The notes beneath the pieces are model-generated. The model searched no databases. It had not been told where the DNA came from and saw only the letters and a program-made list of their open reading frames with translations. A stretch of 63,044 bases of DNA, counting the filler, from Sphacelaria rigidula (taxonomy: Eukaryota), in assembly GCA_964200075.2 (NCBI GenBank). It is 8 parts of 8 records of this genome, joined end to end, with 100 filler letters (N's around TTAATTAATTAA, not from the genome) between each part and the next. Parts side by side here need not be neighbours in the genome. Positions count along the whole stretch, not along the records: positions 23,684 to 31,476 come from CAXNAA020013442.1; positions 31,577 to 39,368 come from CAXNAA020013443.1; positions 39,469 to 47,260 come from CAXNAA020013444.1; 5 more parts are not named here. The stretch is one strand, 5' to 3'. Position 1 is the stretch's first letter; every line of letters starts with the position of its first letter. This document shows positions 25,998-40,159 of the stretch, piece after piece. The position numbers and the translations under genes were made by a program.

Positions 25998-27322
25998 GTG
26001 AGTTGATCTCGTTGCTTGCTTTGTGGGCCGTGAGGCGCAGCTTGTAACGACGTGGGGGGATGGAGGCGGGGCAAGGGGCGTGGCGGGGCCGAGAACTGAT
26101 GGGTGTCATGCCGCGGCCTTTCGTTCGAAAGGCTAATATCCGCATGCATCCTCGCCAGGGCGCAGAACGTTATCCCCCTTGGGAGCCGAGAGTGGTCGCC
26201 CATATGGCCAATTGCTTCTTCTGTTTTTGATCAAGAGAAGCCGTGTCGCCAAGAATCGCAACACACACATACCGAGTGGGGCAAGGGTGGGGTAGGGGAC
26301 TGGCTATGTTGTGCCGCGACGGGTGAGTACTACGCACACTTTCACGGTTAGGACAAATCAAGATTTATACGAGTCGACTCCTCATGACATGACAGGAGTC
26401 AACCTATATTCAAGTGTTGGTCCCGCATGCAACCGACGGCGAATAACATATGCAGTACAGTAATCTCAACCGCATACAGATTGGGAGAAAAGTACGACAG
26501 ATGCAAGAGCCATGTCATGAGATGCTTCAACGATGTGCCGACTCTTCGTCCCGCACGGAGGCATACGCATGACATAGATGTAGATGCCATTCAAGCCTCA
26601 TGGCAAGTGTGGGTGGCATGTACAATCGATCCATTCCGCATTTTTCTACAGGGCGGCAACATGTGTCCATGATCTACCCCTGATGACCTGGAGGTAGGAA
26701 ACGGGTACCGTTGACGGTGTACTGCACGACACAAGAGCTCGAAATCTGTATAAACTACAAATGATGTACGACTCGTATGATTTATTCGTTGGTATGACGA
26801 ACATGAGTTGAATCACGATTTTATTTGTCCTAACCGTGCACACATTGGTGCCACCGTTTTGTGTGCCGATACGGCTGACGTCGATCCAGTCCAACCAGGG
26901 AACGCTGAGATATGTGGTTCGGTCGACTTGAAAAATGGAGAACGTGATGTTGTATGGTGTCCATCCGCTTGAGACTACGAGCAGAATCTAGGTGGGGGCC
27001 TTCGTCTTCAAAATGGGCTTGAAATGTGCCGAAGAAATCATGATACGGCCGATGAGAACCTACTAATATGTGTAGGCGAATTTATTTGCCGTCTTTGCAA
27101 TTCAAGAGCGATAAAAAAAACTCGTGAAAGTACATGGAACTTTAGGTGAGCGTTGTGAGAACATGCACCAGACACCTCAACAAATTTCCACATTATTTTC
27201 GTTTTAATTCGTCGCTTCGTAACACGCATCGGACTCTGTTTGTGCGCTTCTTACTGCCGGGGGGGATGGGGGGGGGGGGGGGGGGGGGGGGGGTGCTGCT
27301 GTTCTTTGCTCTGCCGACGAAG

Positions 27323-27389
27323 TTGGGTAACGTTTTGCGGTGCAATGACTGCCAACATCGCGGGGGCCTGCCGCGGCGTGCTAGCAAAG
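27323..27389 (+). CDS. Phosphate translocator exon
   Basis: (N)WVTFCGAMTANIAGACRGVLAK|GTGAAC; phases match both neighbouring exons. Confidence 0.9.
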
Positions 27390-27815
27390 GTGAACAACTC
27401 ACCCACCCAACATGATCCCCTCAAAAATGCTAAGTTCATGCAGACGTATTTTTTCCAGTATCATGTTATTAAAAGACTGTGGGAAACGGGAAGGTGCGGA
27501 CTTACGCGCTTTGGTACAGTCAGGCGTTTGAGCCGCAAAGCGTGTACTTCAGGGTTTTCAACGTAAGCTGACCATGCCTTTGGGTCTTGATGCAGTGTCT
27601 CGCGTGGAAGCGGTGCGCAATTTTCGATGGCTACTTTTGGAGGGCTGATGTAGCCGAAGTCAGTTGTAATCCGTACTTATCTACTCTTCCGAGACCATAT
27701 CGGTTGACCAGCTGGAGCGCTTGCTCGAAACATGAGACGTGTGATACTGGCGAATGCACCGCGACCAACAGCACGATTCCTGTAGGCCCACCTCCTGCAG
27801 CCGGCTGTCCTACGC

Positions 27816-27848
<33 letters not shown>

Positions 27849-27970
27849 ACTACTACTTGGGAGCAATAGCAGTGAAGCCGGTGATGATATCTGCGCGCAA
27901 CGTGAAGGTGGTCTGTCTGCAGCGTCATCCCTTCGTTGTCTGTGCATGCTTGTTTTTGTCACTCATCCAG

Positions 27971-28185
27971 GGGTCCATGAGTACGCCGAATGGGGAAAAT
28001 ATGGACGCGGGTAATCTGTATGGGGTGATGACCATTATGTCTACTCTCACACTCGCGCCCATTGCCGTGATCATGGAAGGCGCGAAGCTTAGAGGGCTGT
28101 GGGCGGCGGCGATGGCGGCCGGACACACCAAATTCTCGATCGTCAAGGGTACCGTGTTGAGCTCATTATTCTTCTACATGTATAA
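27971..28185 (+). CDS. Phosphate translocator exon
   Basis: CAG|GSMSTPNGENMDAGNLYGVMTIMS...SSLFFYMY(N)|GTAAGT. Confidence 0.93.
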
Positions 28186-28910
28186 GTAAGTCATTTTTGT
28201 TGCTTCAACTGTGCTGTCCGCGGCCACTCTCTACAGATCGGGGAAAGCACTCCCTACTTCCACACTTCGCCCGCGAGACTACTGTTATAGAATGACTGTT
28301 CATGACGTAGAACGTTGACCACTTCTTCGTTATTCTGTTGTTTATTCTTCACGTTCTGGGGCTGAGGCCGTTTTGAAGGTGTTTCCCCCCCTTGCGTTTG
28401 CAGTATTACTCCACAGCTTTTATTTTACCGCGCCTCGTTACTGGGTAAATCTGGCAACTCCCTCGATACACTTGACAGCGTATAGTGTTGCTGTTTGCTT
28501 TTCCCGTCATACTTTTAAGCCTCCAATTTACTCGGGACGAGTCCGTGTTCTCAAGATATTACCCTATATCTGCCCAGTACCTGTCCAATACTTTGTTGAC
28601 AATGGATGGGATCAGCACCCCCGCACCTCTTCGACTCTCTTCGAGCTTTCTCTGCTACTCGCGTCAGAGCGTGTTTAACGACGGGAACCGGATTCTGCTC
28701 GAGAGACTGTAAATGTCAATATATTAGCCCGTCATCTTCCGCCCTGACTAGCTACTGTTGTGCCATCTAGACAACCGCCTCAGCTATATGCCCACACACC
28801 TACCCTGCTCACGTTTTCTCTAGCTACCCAACTTCCCCATGATTTTTTTCACGATAACAGCTGTTGTTGTCTCTGCCGCTGCCGCCGCTGATGCCCCCCC
28901 CCCCCCGCAG

Positions 28911-29127
28911 TGAGGTGGCCTTCTACTGCCTAAACGCGATCCATCCAGTCACGCACGCTGTGGCCAATACCTTGAAGCGTGTGTTCCTCATCGCCACGAG
29001 TATCGTTGTGTTTGGCCACGAGCTCACACCGGTCGGCGCTGCAGGGTCTGGGGTGGCCATCGCTGGTGTGCTGTTGTATTCTCTAGCGAACCAGAAGTTT
29101 GCTCCTCCTGCGAAGAAACACAAGTAA
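28911..29127 (+). CDS. Phosphate translocator terminal exon
   Basis: (N)EVAFYCLNAIHPVTHAVANTLKRVFLI...GVLLYSLA..stop; the NTLKRV motif is diagnostic of the TPT family. Confidence 0.95.
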
Positions 29128-29206
29128 TGAGACGAACGAGAAGCCATATATACGAAGAAGCACACACTCATGAAGAGGCATCAAGTGCGTGTGTCTCTGT
29201 TCGTAT

Positions 29207-29237
<31 letters not shown>

Positions 29238-31254
29238 GAAAAAGAAGTTGTGTAATAAAAGAAAAAAGGGTGTTCCCCCCCCCCCCGCGCCCCCCCNNNN
29301 NNNNNNGAGGCGCCACATCACGAGTCACGCTGCCCGTCACGCAGAGGCGTCGAGTCCGGGTGGCTCTGGTGTGAGCCCCCCCCCCCCCGCCCGCCCCATT
29401 ATAGGATAAGAGATTGGTTAATGAAATGAACTAGGGTTCATGCCACAGCCTCGTGCCCTCCCCCCCTCTCTCTGGCTCACGGATACAGGAGCAGGTACAG
29501 GGGCAATATAATCGGAACAAAAGGAGCGATGGGATGTAGTCGATAGAAAAACCCGAACTATGGGGTGGATTGATTGTACCTGATTCACTGCTGTGGGCAG
29601 GGGGGGTGGCGTCGTAAGGGGGGTTGGGGAGGTAGCATTTTCGGAGGGGGGAGGGGGGGGGGCGTACTCATTTGTTGCTTGCCTTAGTCGTTTGACCATT
29701 GGCCACGCATCCCCTTCGAGACGGAGCATCTTCGGAGGGGGGGGGGGGATGACTGCGCACGTGCTTTTGCTTAGCTGTGTATCCACTTGCTTGCCGGCTT
29801 GGGCTAGTCATTACAACGTTAAGTTGCCCGTTGCTTGACGCGCACATGTGGCAGCGATAGGTGCGATAAATAATCACTTGCGGGTTCCACATGCGCCGCT
29901 CATTTGTAGCTGATATGATGACCCGAGTAGTGTTGTCATGTCATTCTGTCACTGGTAGTACGGTGGTTTTGCGCGGGTTGGCTTGTCGACGCCATCGAAG
30001 GGTTGGAGCGGAACTTGGTAAAAATACTGCAAGGGTGAGCGTTAGTTGTACAGGTGGACGTCTTGCGTTTTTTTGTGCGTTCACCGTTTTCACGGGAAGT
30101 CGAGGCATTTTTGAGATTATTATTGGTTCAGATATAGGTTCTTGAAACCGATAACAAGTACGATCAAGCAATAGTGAAGATTCATTTGTTGCCTGTTGGA
30201 AGTTCTTACTCAGACCTTGTTCACAGAAGCTCGCGTGCGAACGAAAGCGTTGTGGGGAAGGCCAGAGCCGAGCGATGCGTCTTGTGTACAAGACAATGAG
30301 GCACAACAAACATCGTGCGATCAGTATACGAGCTGGGCCAGCCTAAAAGCAGATTTAAGCTCTCAAAGCAATATCTCTACGACACAGACGATTTGGGCCG
30401 TGATCTGCATATCGTATTAATCGTCCAATCAAGGGGAAGGTGCCCATCTACTAAAAAATCTGGGCCAATATTTTTCGTAGATCAAACGCCATGTTTAGTC
30501 ATTCCTATACCGTACGAAGATAGCGTCCACACTAAAATATATATGAAACCCCAAACGATGCATTCAGCGGATGATGGCGATTTTTGGTGTGGACCTTCCC
30601 TGGAGAACGGGGAGACGATCGATACCCTCACCTTCACCCAATTCGTAATCTATCTCGAGATGTGGCGCACATAAGTTTACATACTAAAATCAATATATTA
30701 CGAGCAGAGGCATTAGATGCCTTAAATCTGGATATCGCGTCTCAGTTTTTGAGAGTTGTGCTATGAAATTTGGTATGGAGAACCGCTAGTGCACAATGAA
30801 ATAAAAAACATGAGTTCTTCGTTTTTTTTCTTGATTTTGTTTCGTGTTTTTAGGGGAGTTTTGAGGAGAAATGAACATTTCTCTTGGGCTTCACCTCAAT
30901 TTTTCAGCTCGTTTTTTAAACTGTGATTTCAAACTTAGCACGGATAATGACAAAGGTATACTGAAAAACAAGAAATAATAATGGACGCTCATTTTGTTTT
31001 TGGGAGAGGTCCGGGCGTTCCCATAAAAAAATGGTCGTTACCACACTAAAACGCCCTAACCTAACGAAAAAGATGTCAAAACCAACCTCATCCATTTTTC
31101 TTGGTTCATGACATAGCGAGGTCCCGCACAACGTTTCGAACCACAAACACGAAACGTGGGACTGTATACGACCTGCGAAATATTGTTCCGAATTTCCACC
31201 GGCCCGGTTTTTTTAAAGGCGATTTTGCAATGTTCCAACGTTGTGTTCTGTAAG

Positions 31255-31390
31255 GTACGGGTGGGTACGTTCTGTAGGGTATGAGATTCCTCACAGAACT
31301 TACAGAACTGTCGGGTACCGGTATGAAGATCCTACGAAGTTTACAGAACTGTCGGGTATCGGTATGAAAGTCTGACAGAAATTACAAAAA
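31255..31390 (+). repeat. Short tandem repeat with ~40-bp unit
   Basis: TTACAGAACTGTCGGGTA(C/T)CGGTATGAA occurs twice, with degenerate flanking units. Confidence 0.7.
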
Positions 31391-34300
31391 ACAGTGTTTT
31401 GGTGAGATTGAGAGTAGTAGATGATCCGATTGAGAGTGACTTTGATCATTCGCTTTAAGTGAGTCATTTTTTTATTNNNNNNNNNNNNNNNNNNNNNNNN
31501 NNNNNNNNNNNNNNNNNNNNTTAATTAATTAANNNNNNNNNNNNNNNNNNNNNNNNNNNNNNNNNNNNNNNNNNNNCCCACTTTGATTTATGTGAAGATT
31601 TTGCCTCCCAAAACCATGCAGTTTTTTGGGGGGGGCTATTGTAGAAAGTGTCAAGCAAATATACGAACGTCACGAAGCCCACCAGACTTTTCGGTTTTGC
31701 TTGTGTTTCTTGATAATTTTCTTTCACAATATCAACAAAAAAAAAGAAATCAGGGTTCCGTGTCCAAAAATCTTCTCCCGACAGACCCTTGGGTGCCATG
31801 AAAAGAAAAAATCAGGAAGTTGGGTCTTTTTTAATTTTCAGCAAAAACAGGGAAAATGCTGTAACTCCGTAAAAATTAAGAGATACGGCGGCACCTACAC
31901 ACGTTGTGAGCACTTGCATGCTGAGGGTCCTGGTAAAATTTCGGCAGAAAATACCTCATATTGGGCGTAGCCGGGCACTTTTTGTGTGACACCGCTGCGC
32001 TCGTTTACAATTGATGTAATACAGGAGAAACTTCAGGTATGAAGGTCACGAGTTCGAATCACGACAGCTTCTAGTTTTGTATCTTCCGCCGTCAAGGTCA
32101 TATATTATGCGGTACATTCCCCCCATTTTTTGTCGATCTTCAGCGGCGCTACCGTGCGCGACCAGGTTGGTGTGCAGTTCTCGGCGATATGCTCAGGTCG
32201 GGTATATAAGAGCGCCGATTCGTTTCGCAGGTTCACGGCACGATTGCTTCACGAGTATAACTACTCGTATGCTTTTGAAAACATGATGGACGTCTGCTGT
32301 ATATATCTCAATTAAAACCATACTGCTCTTGTCTTGGGCTGTAACAAGCTAAGGAAAGGAAATAAGGCCCAGACCAGGCCCGGACAACGAATGCGCACAC
32401 AGTCCGGTCTTGTTGAGCGCTGTGCGGCAGATTGGGCTCGATAGCGATCGTGTATCCACCAAAAATCCTAAGAAATCCGTAGAATCACGGGTGAAAACAA
32501 CGAAAAAATAGCTGATCTCAGTTCAATTAGTAATCATAGTACTACAAGACAAGACGACCCGTACCTACGAACTCGGTGTCGGGGGGGAAGGGCGTGTGAA
32601 GTTTTTTCCTTGCGTACCCCTCATCATCAGCTACTTTTCTCTCCACTGATTTCGTGCCGTATAAGTTGGTCTTTATTTCAATGTTGAGTGCCACATTTGG
32701 AACTCTTGTGTGGATGACAATCCAAAGAGGGCGCTCGCTCGCGGGGCGACGAGCTGGCGAAATCCTGCGCTTTACTACTGCTACTGTGTACATATCAATG
32801 TACTCACCCTTTCTCTTCGGTGGTGAATGACACTCCGTGGACGAATGCGTTGGTTGTAGGTGAGCTGTAAAGACCTGGGCATTTGCAATACATTATTCCG
32901 GGCGGACAGGCGGACGGTAAACGAACAGCGCAGAAAGTGCACCACTCAGTTCTTGTTCACAGTCAGTACTACACTGTAATGTACTAACTGTCGCGTGGGA
33001 GCTGTGCCGTCACTGATGGCATCCAGTTTGTATCGGTCGATCCCGCACCGTGCATAATCGGCGACTTGTTCACGCGCCGCGTGACATCTACTGTACTGCA
33101 ACGTGATTGTATACTTTGATGTCGGCGAGGAGACCACTGAAAATATCGAACAGTCTTCTTGAGTATCAGGCGGCCTAAATATCACGGCGACACGAATCTC
33201 AGTAGTGAAGTAGCACCTTGTGAGCCGCATGATGTAGGCGCTTGGCTACTGTTTGAAGGACGTGCGCCGAATTCTCTTGACACAAGATCTTCTGACACAT
33301 GAGGGGCCGATGACCACAGCGTACGCGCTGTACCTTCCTCAGAGGACATCGTTGTCGCGATAGATGCCGACGAGTACGGGCTTCGTCGTTGAACCTCAAA
33401 ATATCTCCGTCGAGGGGTGTGCAGTAGAACTCTACACCGCAAGCTATGAATTCGTGGGACAGGTACGTATGACAGCGGTGGGCAAGGCAGGGAGAAGGTC
33501 GGGGTTAGAAGGGGATGAAGCTGTGAGACCACCTCTAACCTAACTGTCATCTTTCTGCTGTCGTCGCATCTATCACTAGCACTGTTGCTGTGAGCGTTGT
33601 AGATGGTCCGGCGACGGCTCCTGTGCGCAACAACTCCTGAAGACACTTTTACTACCCAATGTAAAAAGATCGGTAATATACTACTGTTGTCGGAAAAGGT
33701 GTACTTGTCCTTGAAGTAAGTACCGAGAACTCTCCGCCAGGTTCCAAACGCAACTTTCAATTTTTGATAGCTTTGGCCAACGTTTGCAGAAAAAACAAAT
33801 CACGCCACCAGAAGCTCGCACCAAAGTAAACAACCCATCCGCGTAGTGAGAAGTAATGGCAGCGAGTCGGATGCAAAGCAGGAAAAATGCTCCGGCACTG
33901 ACAGTGCGCCGCAGGATGTGCGTGGCTTATTTCCATATGTAAACCGTTGCCGCCGACTCAACATGAAGAGCACCTTGGTATAGCGCTCACCGACGCGGTA
34001 CCCGTCAAGAAGCAGGGCTCTGCCCATAACAAAGACATCACGCATGCGCTGAGCAATTGTCGGCACCCCGAAGAACACACCAACACAAGACATGCAGAAC
34101 TCGATATAGGCAGCGAAGGGCACCTTAGCACAATCCGGTCGCGCGCAATCTCCGTTGTCTATTTACACGAGCAAATTGCTCTACAGTCAAGCTAACTCGC
34201 TACAGGGTGGCATGCCAGTTCGGTACACGACAGTACAGCAAAAGTACGTACAGCCAGTACAGCCAGTACAACAAAATGCCCTGTATTATTTGTACTACTG

Positions 34301-37300
34301 TACTGTAGAGAGTATAGAGGTACTTGCAACAGAAGGTACCAGTCGCACTCCACAACGTACCTTGTTCGCAGTTATTATCCCCTCACCTGCGCCACGATGC
34401 GTGGCTATTGAGCTGTAACAAAACGATCAAACCAGAACTCCAACGCAAACAGGACTTAAGGGTTATTCATCCCCATGAAGGTGCACTGCATATCTAAGGC
34501 CATGGCAACAGCTACGTGCTGCCTGAACGCTAAAGTGTGAGGTCGTGTTTCAGCTCGACTGTCCTCGGCAAACCTGCGATACCTGCACCACCCTCGTTCT
34601 TCAAACTGCTGCAGAATTTGCGATACTTTGTGCCAGAAGGTGACCCACACGAAGAGCCAGCGAGTAACCTGGGTACAAAATCAACCAGCAACAGATTGAC
34701 AACACCAGGATCGAGACGATTAGAGAGACCTTGAGGCTGTAGCCCGCAGAACTTGGAGGCGAAGTGCTGCGCTTGCGAGTGGTCGGTGGCACCTGCTCGG
34801 GCAAGAAAAACGCGGCACAACCGAAACCGTTCAAAAATCGTTTCTGAACAAAAATAGAAAATTGACGATCAGGACACACGGCGCATTTCTATATTGGTTT
34901 CAGAGCGATGGATGCAATTGGTGTACAACTTTCTGAATTAGGGGCAGTGATCCAAGATCTGTGCGACACTGCTACGCCAACATTCCAGAGGTACCGCTAA
35001 GATACGCGGAGATCATAGACGACGCATGCTTTTGAACGCATCTCTTGATCACAGTAACCGCGAATTGGCTGCTTGACGCACGGAACGCTGATTTGCGAAA
35101 TTAACAAAAACACGGAAAACTTTTTGGTGGTTCACCGGTTTCTGGACGAGGAAGAGTTGAAGCAGCGGACGGTGTGTTTTGAAGTTGATGGGTGTAAAGT
35201 CCAAGAACACCTTTGTCGATGGTCGCGTTTTGTCGCCCTTTAATTATGCTGTGGGTTTTGTCGCGTAATTTCAGGGTGAGGAGCACACCGGGAAGCAATG
35301 GAAGAGTAGGTGAGACATGGGAGATGGAGAAGAGGGCCTGATTTGATCCGAATAAAACTGAGTTTTCTCCACCAATGGGATTCACCGAGCGGGGAGATGG
35401 TGGGAGATCCGTACGCACGTTACTGTCTGCAGTTCAGAGGAAGCCACCACGGCACACCAGAACAGAGGCGTTGGGAAGTAAATGTCAGACAACGACAGTA
35501 CAGCATGCTACCGAGAAGCTGCCGAGGCACGCCTCGTGAATGAAGGGACGTTTCTTTAAACATGTTCATTGCGAACACGAGGTTATGCCCACCTTGGCGT
35601 TGACCCAACCCGCGCTAGCTTGTCATGGTTCTGTTATCTAACAGCTAAACAATAGAACGTCCAGAGCAAGGACCGGTGAAAGCCAAGAGCACACAGATGG
35701 TCGGGTTCATGAAGTGTACATGCTGCGTGCTGCGTCATACGCGTACCTACGTGCTACGGTACGGTACAGGACCTTGCTGTGGTTTGCGGCCTATAAAGGC
35801 GCACGTCGAAATTCTCTACATTTTAGTTCCCGTCATACGCACGTCCAGCACACACCATTCAAGGCGCAGTATCGTCTGCAACGAACGTTTTATGATGGAG
35901 AATAGAAATAGATAAGTGCACTGGTCATCCGTGACGCCACCCAAACAGTGCGCTCCCTTATGTTTTACAGCACTACAGTCAAGACTACAACAAATTCTAC
36001 ATGGAGAGAAATAAAGAATGTACGGGATAAACCACTTGGTGCTGAACTCCCCTCCTTCGTTTGGGAAATTGTTGTTGGATTGGCGGGAGGCGCGAAGGTA
36101 CCCTTTCTTTTGACTGTGTACGGTAAAAAGAAGGCGAGGGAGGTTGTGCCGCGTGTCCTCTTAATGACAGTGTTATGATTGAATGTGGTGAGTTTGCATG
36201 ATGCTGCTGCGATTTGAGAGCCATCCCACAACTAACGATCTACAAATAGCAGATAAATAGCAAACATATGAGTAATAAAAAAATTTCCAACCCCCACAAT
36301 GCACCGCGTAGCATTCATTCGTCATTTGTTATGTATGCCTTGAATGCCAAGTAGTGCGCTCTTGTTTGTAGCTCCATCACCCGAAGTAATACAGACAGGA
36401 TCATCAAGAACGCTATTAAATTGCTTGAAGCTGTGGCGCAGGGGAACAAGAGACAACATCCGAGAGACGTTGCCACCGAATAGGGTTGTAGCACTGTGCA
36501 GAAATGGATAGCAAGGAAGGACGTCTCGAGGAGGGCACCGCGCAGCTCCGGGATATGATTACTGTTCTATTGAAGAAAGGCCACCCCCCCTTTCGCGCGC
36601 CTCGTTTCACCATCCCACACGACTACGTAGTATATGTTGTTGGCAACACTCGCTCGTTTTAAAGGTACACTCTAGGGCAACAGCAACAAGAACAACACTC
36701 GTCTGCCGTCCGCGCGAAAAACTACACGACGCATAGGCATTCCCACTCACACCGTTCCATTCGGGGCTTTACCTTTTCCGACTTTTCAGGCATTTTCGGG
36801 GGAAAAAACTTCCCGAAAAATGTGACAGCATATTTTCAAGAAAAGGTCAAGAAGTAGGTGAATTACAGCCATCAATCTCATGGCCACACCACGCGTGTAG
36901 ACCGGACTCGGCGGTGTTCGGATCACCCCCTACGGTTTCATAGTACAATGTGTGCGTGTTCAACCATGAGTTTCGAGAGGGGGTGAGGGTTGATGACCAA
37001 AAAAAATCTCAGAAGCAATGGTTGGAACTACAAATTAGGTGCCGCCAATCCTTTTGCTAACCCTAACCCTGACCCCGACCAAGGCATAAGAGAAGCCTCG
37101 GGCGCGGGGTGTGTAGGGGGTGTCCTGGGCAAAGTCTGTATTGGCAGACCTCAAATCGGCGCCGATTTTGGACAAGAATGCGGTGTGGACGAGGTGGGCG
37201 CACTATAGAAGTGGGAGCAACTAGGACTGTCAGCCCCTCTGAAGATATGAATATCGATTTTCGAACTAAAATCAACTTACTGTACTGTACAACCATTTTC

Positions 37301-37388
37301 CCTATCATTAGGGTATTGGGGAGAATATCAAATGATGGGTTTGGAGAGCTTCTCGTTCGTTTGACTCGAGACGAAACAGCCAAGACAC

Positions 37389-37601
37389 TGTAGTGCGTGA
37401 GAGGACCGCGTGCTTAGAGGGCCGCATCGGAATCTGAACATGCCTATGGTTAGGGTAAGGGTTAGGGTTAGTGTTAGGGTTATGGTCAGGGGTGTGGTAC
37501 CTTCAGGGACTGGCCTGATTGGTTCTAAAAAACGTCGATCCTGAGGCGTTTTGAACTACGGCGCGCGGTCCTCTAAGCACGCGATCCTCTCACGCATTAC
37601 A
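37389..37601. mobile_element. MITE with TGT...ACA termini and internal TTAGGG-like repeats
   Basis: ~37-bp TIR TGTAGTGCGTGAGAGGACCGCGTGCTTAGAGG; CAC on both flanks; GGTTAGGGTAAGGGTTAGGGTTAGTGTTAGGG inside; partial copy at 58815-58978. Confidence 0.8.
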
Positions 37602-39327
37602 CACACCATGAAGGTTTCAGCAGCGTGTAGAGAGCACTGCGTGCCGACGACAGTATTTTCATGGAGAGGAGCAGAATGACAATGTAAAGCAACTCAGGCA
37701 TTCCCAGCGGAGATTATACTGTCTCGGCAAAGTGGCCTGAAGACGCCACAGCGCAGCGACAGCTATACAGCACACGAGACAGAGGAGTGCGCGCGTTTGT
37801 GCTGCAGCATAAAGAGTGATACAGGACACATCACATACATGCGATAATAGTTCCTCCCCTGATTTCGGGTAGGCCTCCGATTTTTGCCGAGTGGCGATTT
37901 TCAAACGCTGGGCCATAATCGCGCTTCGCGCTAAAATGTTTTTATTCACTTTGAGTTACTGCTTCCTCTGGGAGGTGAGCCAAATATCACTCCCCAGATA
38001 AAAGGCAGATATCTGCACACAGGTTTGATAGCGGGACGGCTCTCACAGTCAGTGGTCGTTGGTCCAATTTCTCTCTTCGTCCCGTTGGTACAGGAGAGAT
38101 GCGACATGACAAGGAAACAGGCATTACACCTGCACACAGGGCTTCTGCACATCTAGCCCCGAAAGATCAGGCCCAGGGGTGCAGCAACCACTCGCGCGCA
38201 CCAGCCCCAGCGACAGCGGTTCCTTGTTCATCGTACTCCCATTCACTCACTCATACCCACTCACACACCCACTCACACCCACATCAAAACAAACATATAT
38301 ATACACACATACACCAGTCTTTCTTTAGACGGAAATCCGTTCGTTACTATCGCAGGAAGGGCGGCCACGAGCATGTCATTCCCCATCGAAAACGTGCAGT
38401 TCCTACTTTGGCTGGTCTTGTTTCTCCCTGAAATATGACCTGGTTCATTGGACCGAATTAAAGCACTTATTGTACTCAGCTGGTCAACATAAATATGCCA
38501 TACCCTTGACTCGTAGCAATGCCAAGCAGAGTTTATCCCCCACGCTAGACCCTGGGGTGCAGATTGCCATAATATTCGGATCCTTCGGCCGGATGTTATG
38601 GCACACAGATTTTGGCCCACGGGTTGTTTCGCACTCTTTTTCCAGAGCCTTGTCTGCGCCCCTTTCTGTTCCCCTTCGAGTAAAATGATGAACGGTTCGC
38701 GCCCGATATCAAAGACGCGACACCTCTTGGGACCGGTTTTCAAGCCATCCTTCGAGAGGGGAGCGGTATTTTACGCCATCTCTTCCGCGAAGTTGTACTC
38801 CAACTCGTCGTTGAAAGCACGTTTGTTCGAACGCGCTCATCACCACCGGTGAGATATACTCATTGATACTGCTTTCAATCACACCATTTTCATCCAAACA
38901 AATATGCAAGCGCATTTCGAGTGTGTTTGGTCGTATGTCGCGTATGACACACTCATGAGCCCCATTTTTTGTGGAATCACCCCCCCCCTTTCCCCCCCCC
39001 CACTGTGGGAGATTTTAATGCAAGGATAGGAAGAGCAGGTCAACCGGCTAGTATCATTGAGTAATACAGGGAAGGTAAGAAAAACACGGCTGGGGCATAA
39101 CAACGAGATGACCCTGAACGAGAGAGCACAAAGGCCAGAGGCGCAATGGACATATGGACTAAAACATACAAACACGAGAACGTTCCGTTCTTGACTAGAC
39201 TATAGAGTGGTGGAGCATGGAAATAGTAAAGAAATGGAAGTACATGTATGCGCGGAGGACGTGGGAACCACAGATCATTGCCTAATATAGACAGAGAGCC
39301 GACAGACGAGAGTTGAAAGAAATGGGC

Positions 39328-39328
<1 letters not shown>

Positions 39329-39365
<37 letters not shown>
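39329..39365 (+). repeat. (GT)n microsatellite at contig end; other microsatellites are (TGC)n ~27818-27846, (CAA)n ~48575-48617 and (AAAATGG(A/G)TG)n ~61390-61450
   Basis: Direct inspection of the sequence. Confidence 0.9.
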
Positions 39366-39367
<2 letters not shown>

Positions 39368-39527
39368 ANNNNNNNNNNNNNNNNNNNNNNNNNNNNNNNN
39401 NNNNNNNNNNNNTTAATTAATTAANNNNNNNNNNNNNNNNNNNNNNNNNNNNNNNNNNNNNNNNNNNNGGGTAACTTAGTTATTTTAAGCGCCGTGTCTA
39501 CGACGGAGATTGCTTGCTAAGGGGGGG

Positions 39528-39997
39528 TGCTATACAGCGTCCTACTGGAACATGACAGAGTACAGTTCCAACCGGGACGGTTTCAGGCTAGACAGAACGG
39601 ACAGTTTGATTCTGGAGCGGGTTACAGGGACCGAGGGCCGAGCTTGTCTCTAGGTGTGTCAGCTACTGAACTTGGGGACCTTGGTGGGCAAGAAAGCCAT
39701 CGAGTAACCGCCAATATAGCCGGTAGAATGTCGTCAGTAGGACTGTGGAACGTTTCATTTTGGCTGGTTTGTTGCAAGCCGCCGAGTTTGGTACGCCCCA
39801 CCCTTGGTCAGTTCTCATCAGACCCCAGCTTAGGGTTATAGTAACAAGGGCTTGTATCTCCATAGAAGTGCATCAATAATAAAACATCAACGAAAAGGTT
39901 ATCGCCATCTGTCTTCTTCCCTCTCCACACTTCCACGGGGAGCTTCCACCCTGACTGTCCCAGCTGCTATCCTCAGCCCTGGTTGACTGTACTACCA
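39528..39997 (+). mobile_element. 3' LTR (TG...CA) preceded by a polypurine tract
   Basis: AAGGGGGGG|TGCTATACAG...TACTACCA; collinear similarity to 40160-40694 on the opposite strand. Confidence 0.65.
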
Positions 39998-40159
39998 AGA
40001 GCACACCACAGATCAAAGAACTTACTAGTGAGAAGAAGGGACTCTCTATTTCTGCGGAGCGAAATTCAGGTTCCTCTCACTACTTTAAGGAGCCTGAATT
40101 ATGCTCTTGAGACACGGAGGCTCCTGCTTCTCGCGTGTAGATTATTTCGTCTGTGTTTC

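Noticed and set aside
36880..36995. Possible 5S rRNA- or tRNA-like GC-rich stretch
   Set aside because: I could not establish a conserved 5S internal control region or a cloverleaf.
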